The position numbers and the translations under genes are program-made. The notes under the pieces were generated by a model. That model made no database searches and was not told the DNA's origin. It saw nothing but the letters and a program-made list of their open reading frames with translations. A DNA stretch of 64,000 nt from Nemertoderma westbladi (Eukaryota; Animalia; Xenacoelomorpha), in contig JAUCBJ010001498.1 in NCBI GenBank assembly GCA_032718475.1, forward strand, positions 8,948 through 72,947, given 5' to 3'. Positions 63,501-64,000 of the stretch are shown here, piece by piece; position 1 is the first letter of the stretch, and the number at the start of each line of letters is the position of its first letter.

Positions 63501-63949
63501 CTGACCCTCAGACTAGGTAAGTAGTTAGTCACTGACCCTCAGACAAAGGTAAGTAGTTAGTCACTGACCCTCAGACAAAGGTAAGTAGTTAGTCACTGAC
63601 CCTCAGACAAAGGTAAGTAGTTAGTCACTGACCCTCAGACAAAGGTAAGTAGTTAGTCACTGACCCTCAGACAAAGGTAAGTAGTTAGTCACTGACCCTC
63701 AGACAAAGGTAAGTAGTTAGTCACTGACCCTCAGACAAAGGTAAGTAGTTAGTCACTGACCCTCAGACAAAGGTAAGTAGTTAGTCACTGACCCTCAGAC
63801 AAAGGTAAGTAGTTAGTCACTGACCCTCAGACAAAGGTAAGTAGTTAGTCACTGACCCTCAGACAAAGGTAAGTAGTTAGTCACTGACCCTCAGACAAGG
63901 GTAAGTAGTTAGTCACTGACCCTCAGACAAAGGTAAGTAGTTAGTCACT
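54529..63949. repeat. Satellite 4 (32-bp monomer AGACAAAGGTAAGTAGTTAGTCACTGACCCTC), roughly 290 copies
   Basis: Directly visible. Main variant is AGACTCGGATAAGT. Confidence 0.98.
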
Positions 63950-64000
63950 AGTACTCTGCGTTGATACCACTGCTTAAGCAGTGGTATCAACGCAGAGTAC
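63950..64000. other. Artefact: head-to-head SMART-type / ultra-low-input amplification adapter
   Basis: AAGCAGTGGTATCAACGCAGAGTAC at 63976-64000, preceded by its exact reverse complement. Confidence 0.97.

Noticed and set aside
54529-63949. CRISPR array or telomeric repeat
   Set aside because: No unique spacers or cas genes, the context is eukaryotic, and the end of the sequence is an adapter rather than a chromosome end.
63951-64000. Perfect 25-bp hairpin as a terminator or hairpin telomere
   Set aside because: Exact match to a synthetic library primer.

Overview
Repeat-rich eukaryotic (animal-type) genomic DNA ending in a library adapter. The backbone is a minus-strand class-2 DYRK kinase gene. 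Four coding exons (46562-45856, 45286-45115, 20774-20647, 19713-19544) splice in frame through GT-AG junctions, and the remaining 3' exons lie beyond base 1. Its introns are inflated by tandem arrays (26, 50 and 26 bp) and by non-LTR retrotransposons; all five LINE copies in the window are antisense to the gene. A 24 kb intron contains an intact, intronless, same-strand TRIP13/Pch2 gene. The most striking observation is that the satellites are built from splice signals. The array at 1-19543 reads on the gene's sense strand as stacked 26-nt GT...AG units (GTGAGTGTGGGATGGGTTGCTCACAG), and it starts exactly at the real exon donor. The 32-bp array at 54529-63949 reads as a 26-nt GTAAGT...CTGAC...CAG mini-intron plus a 6-nt micro-exon. 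Whether these are used by the spliceosome is untested. A near full-length LINE shows a candidate -1 frameshift joining ORF1 to an ORF2 that lacks an N-terminal ATG.
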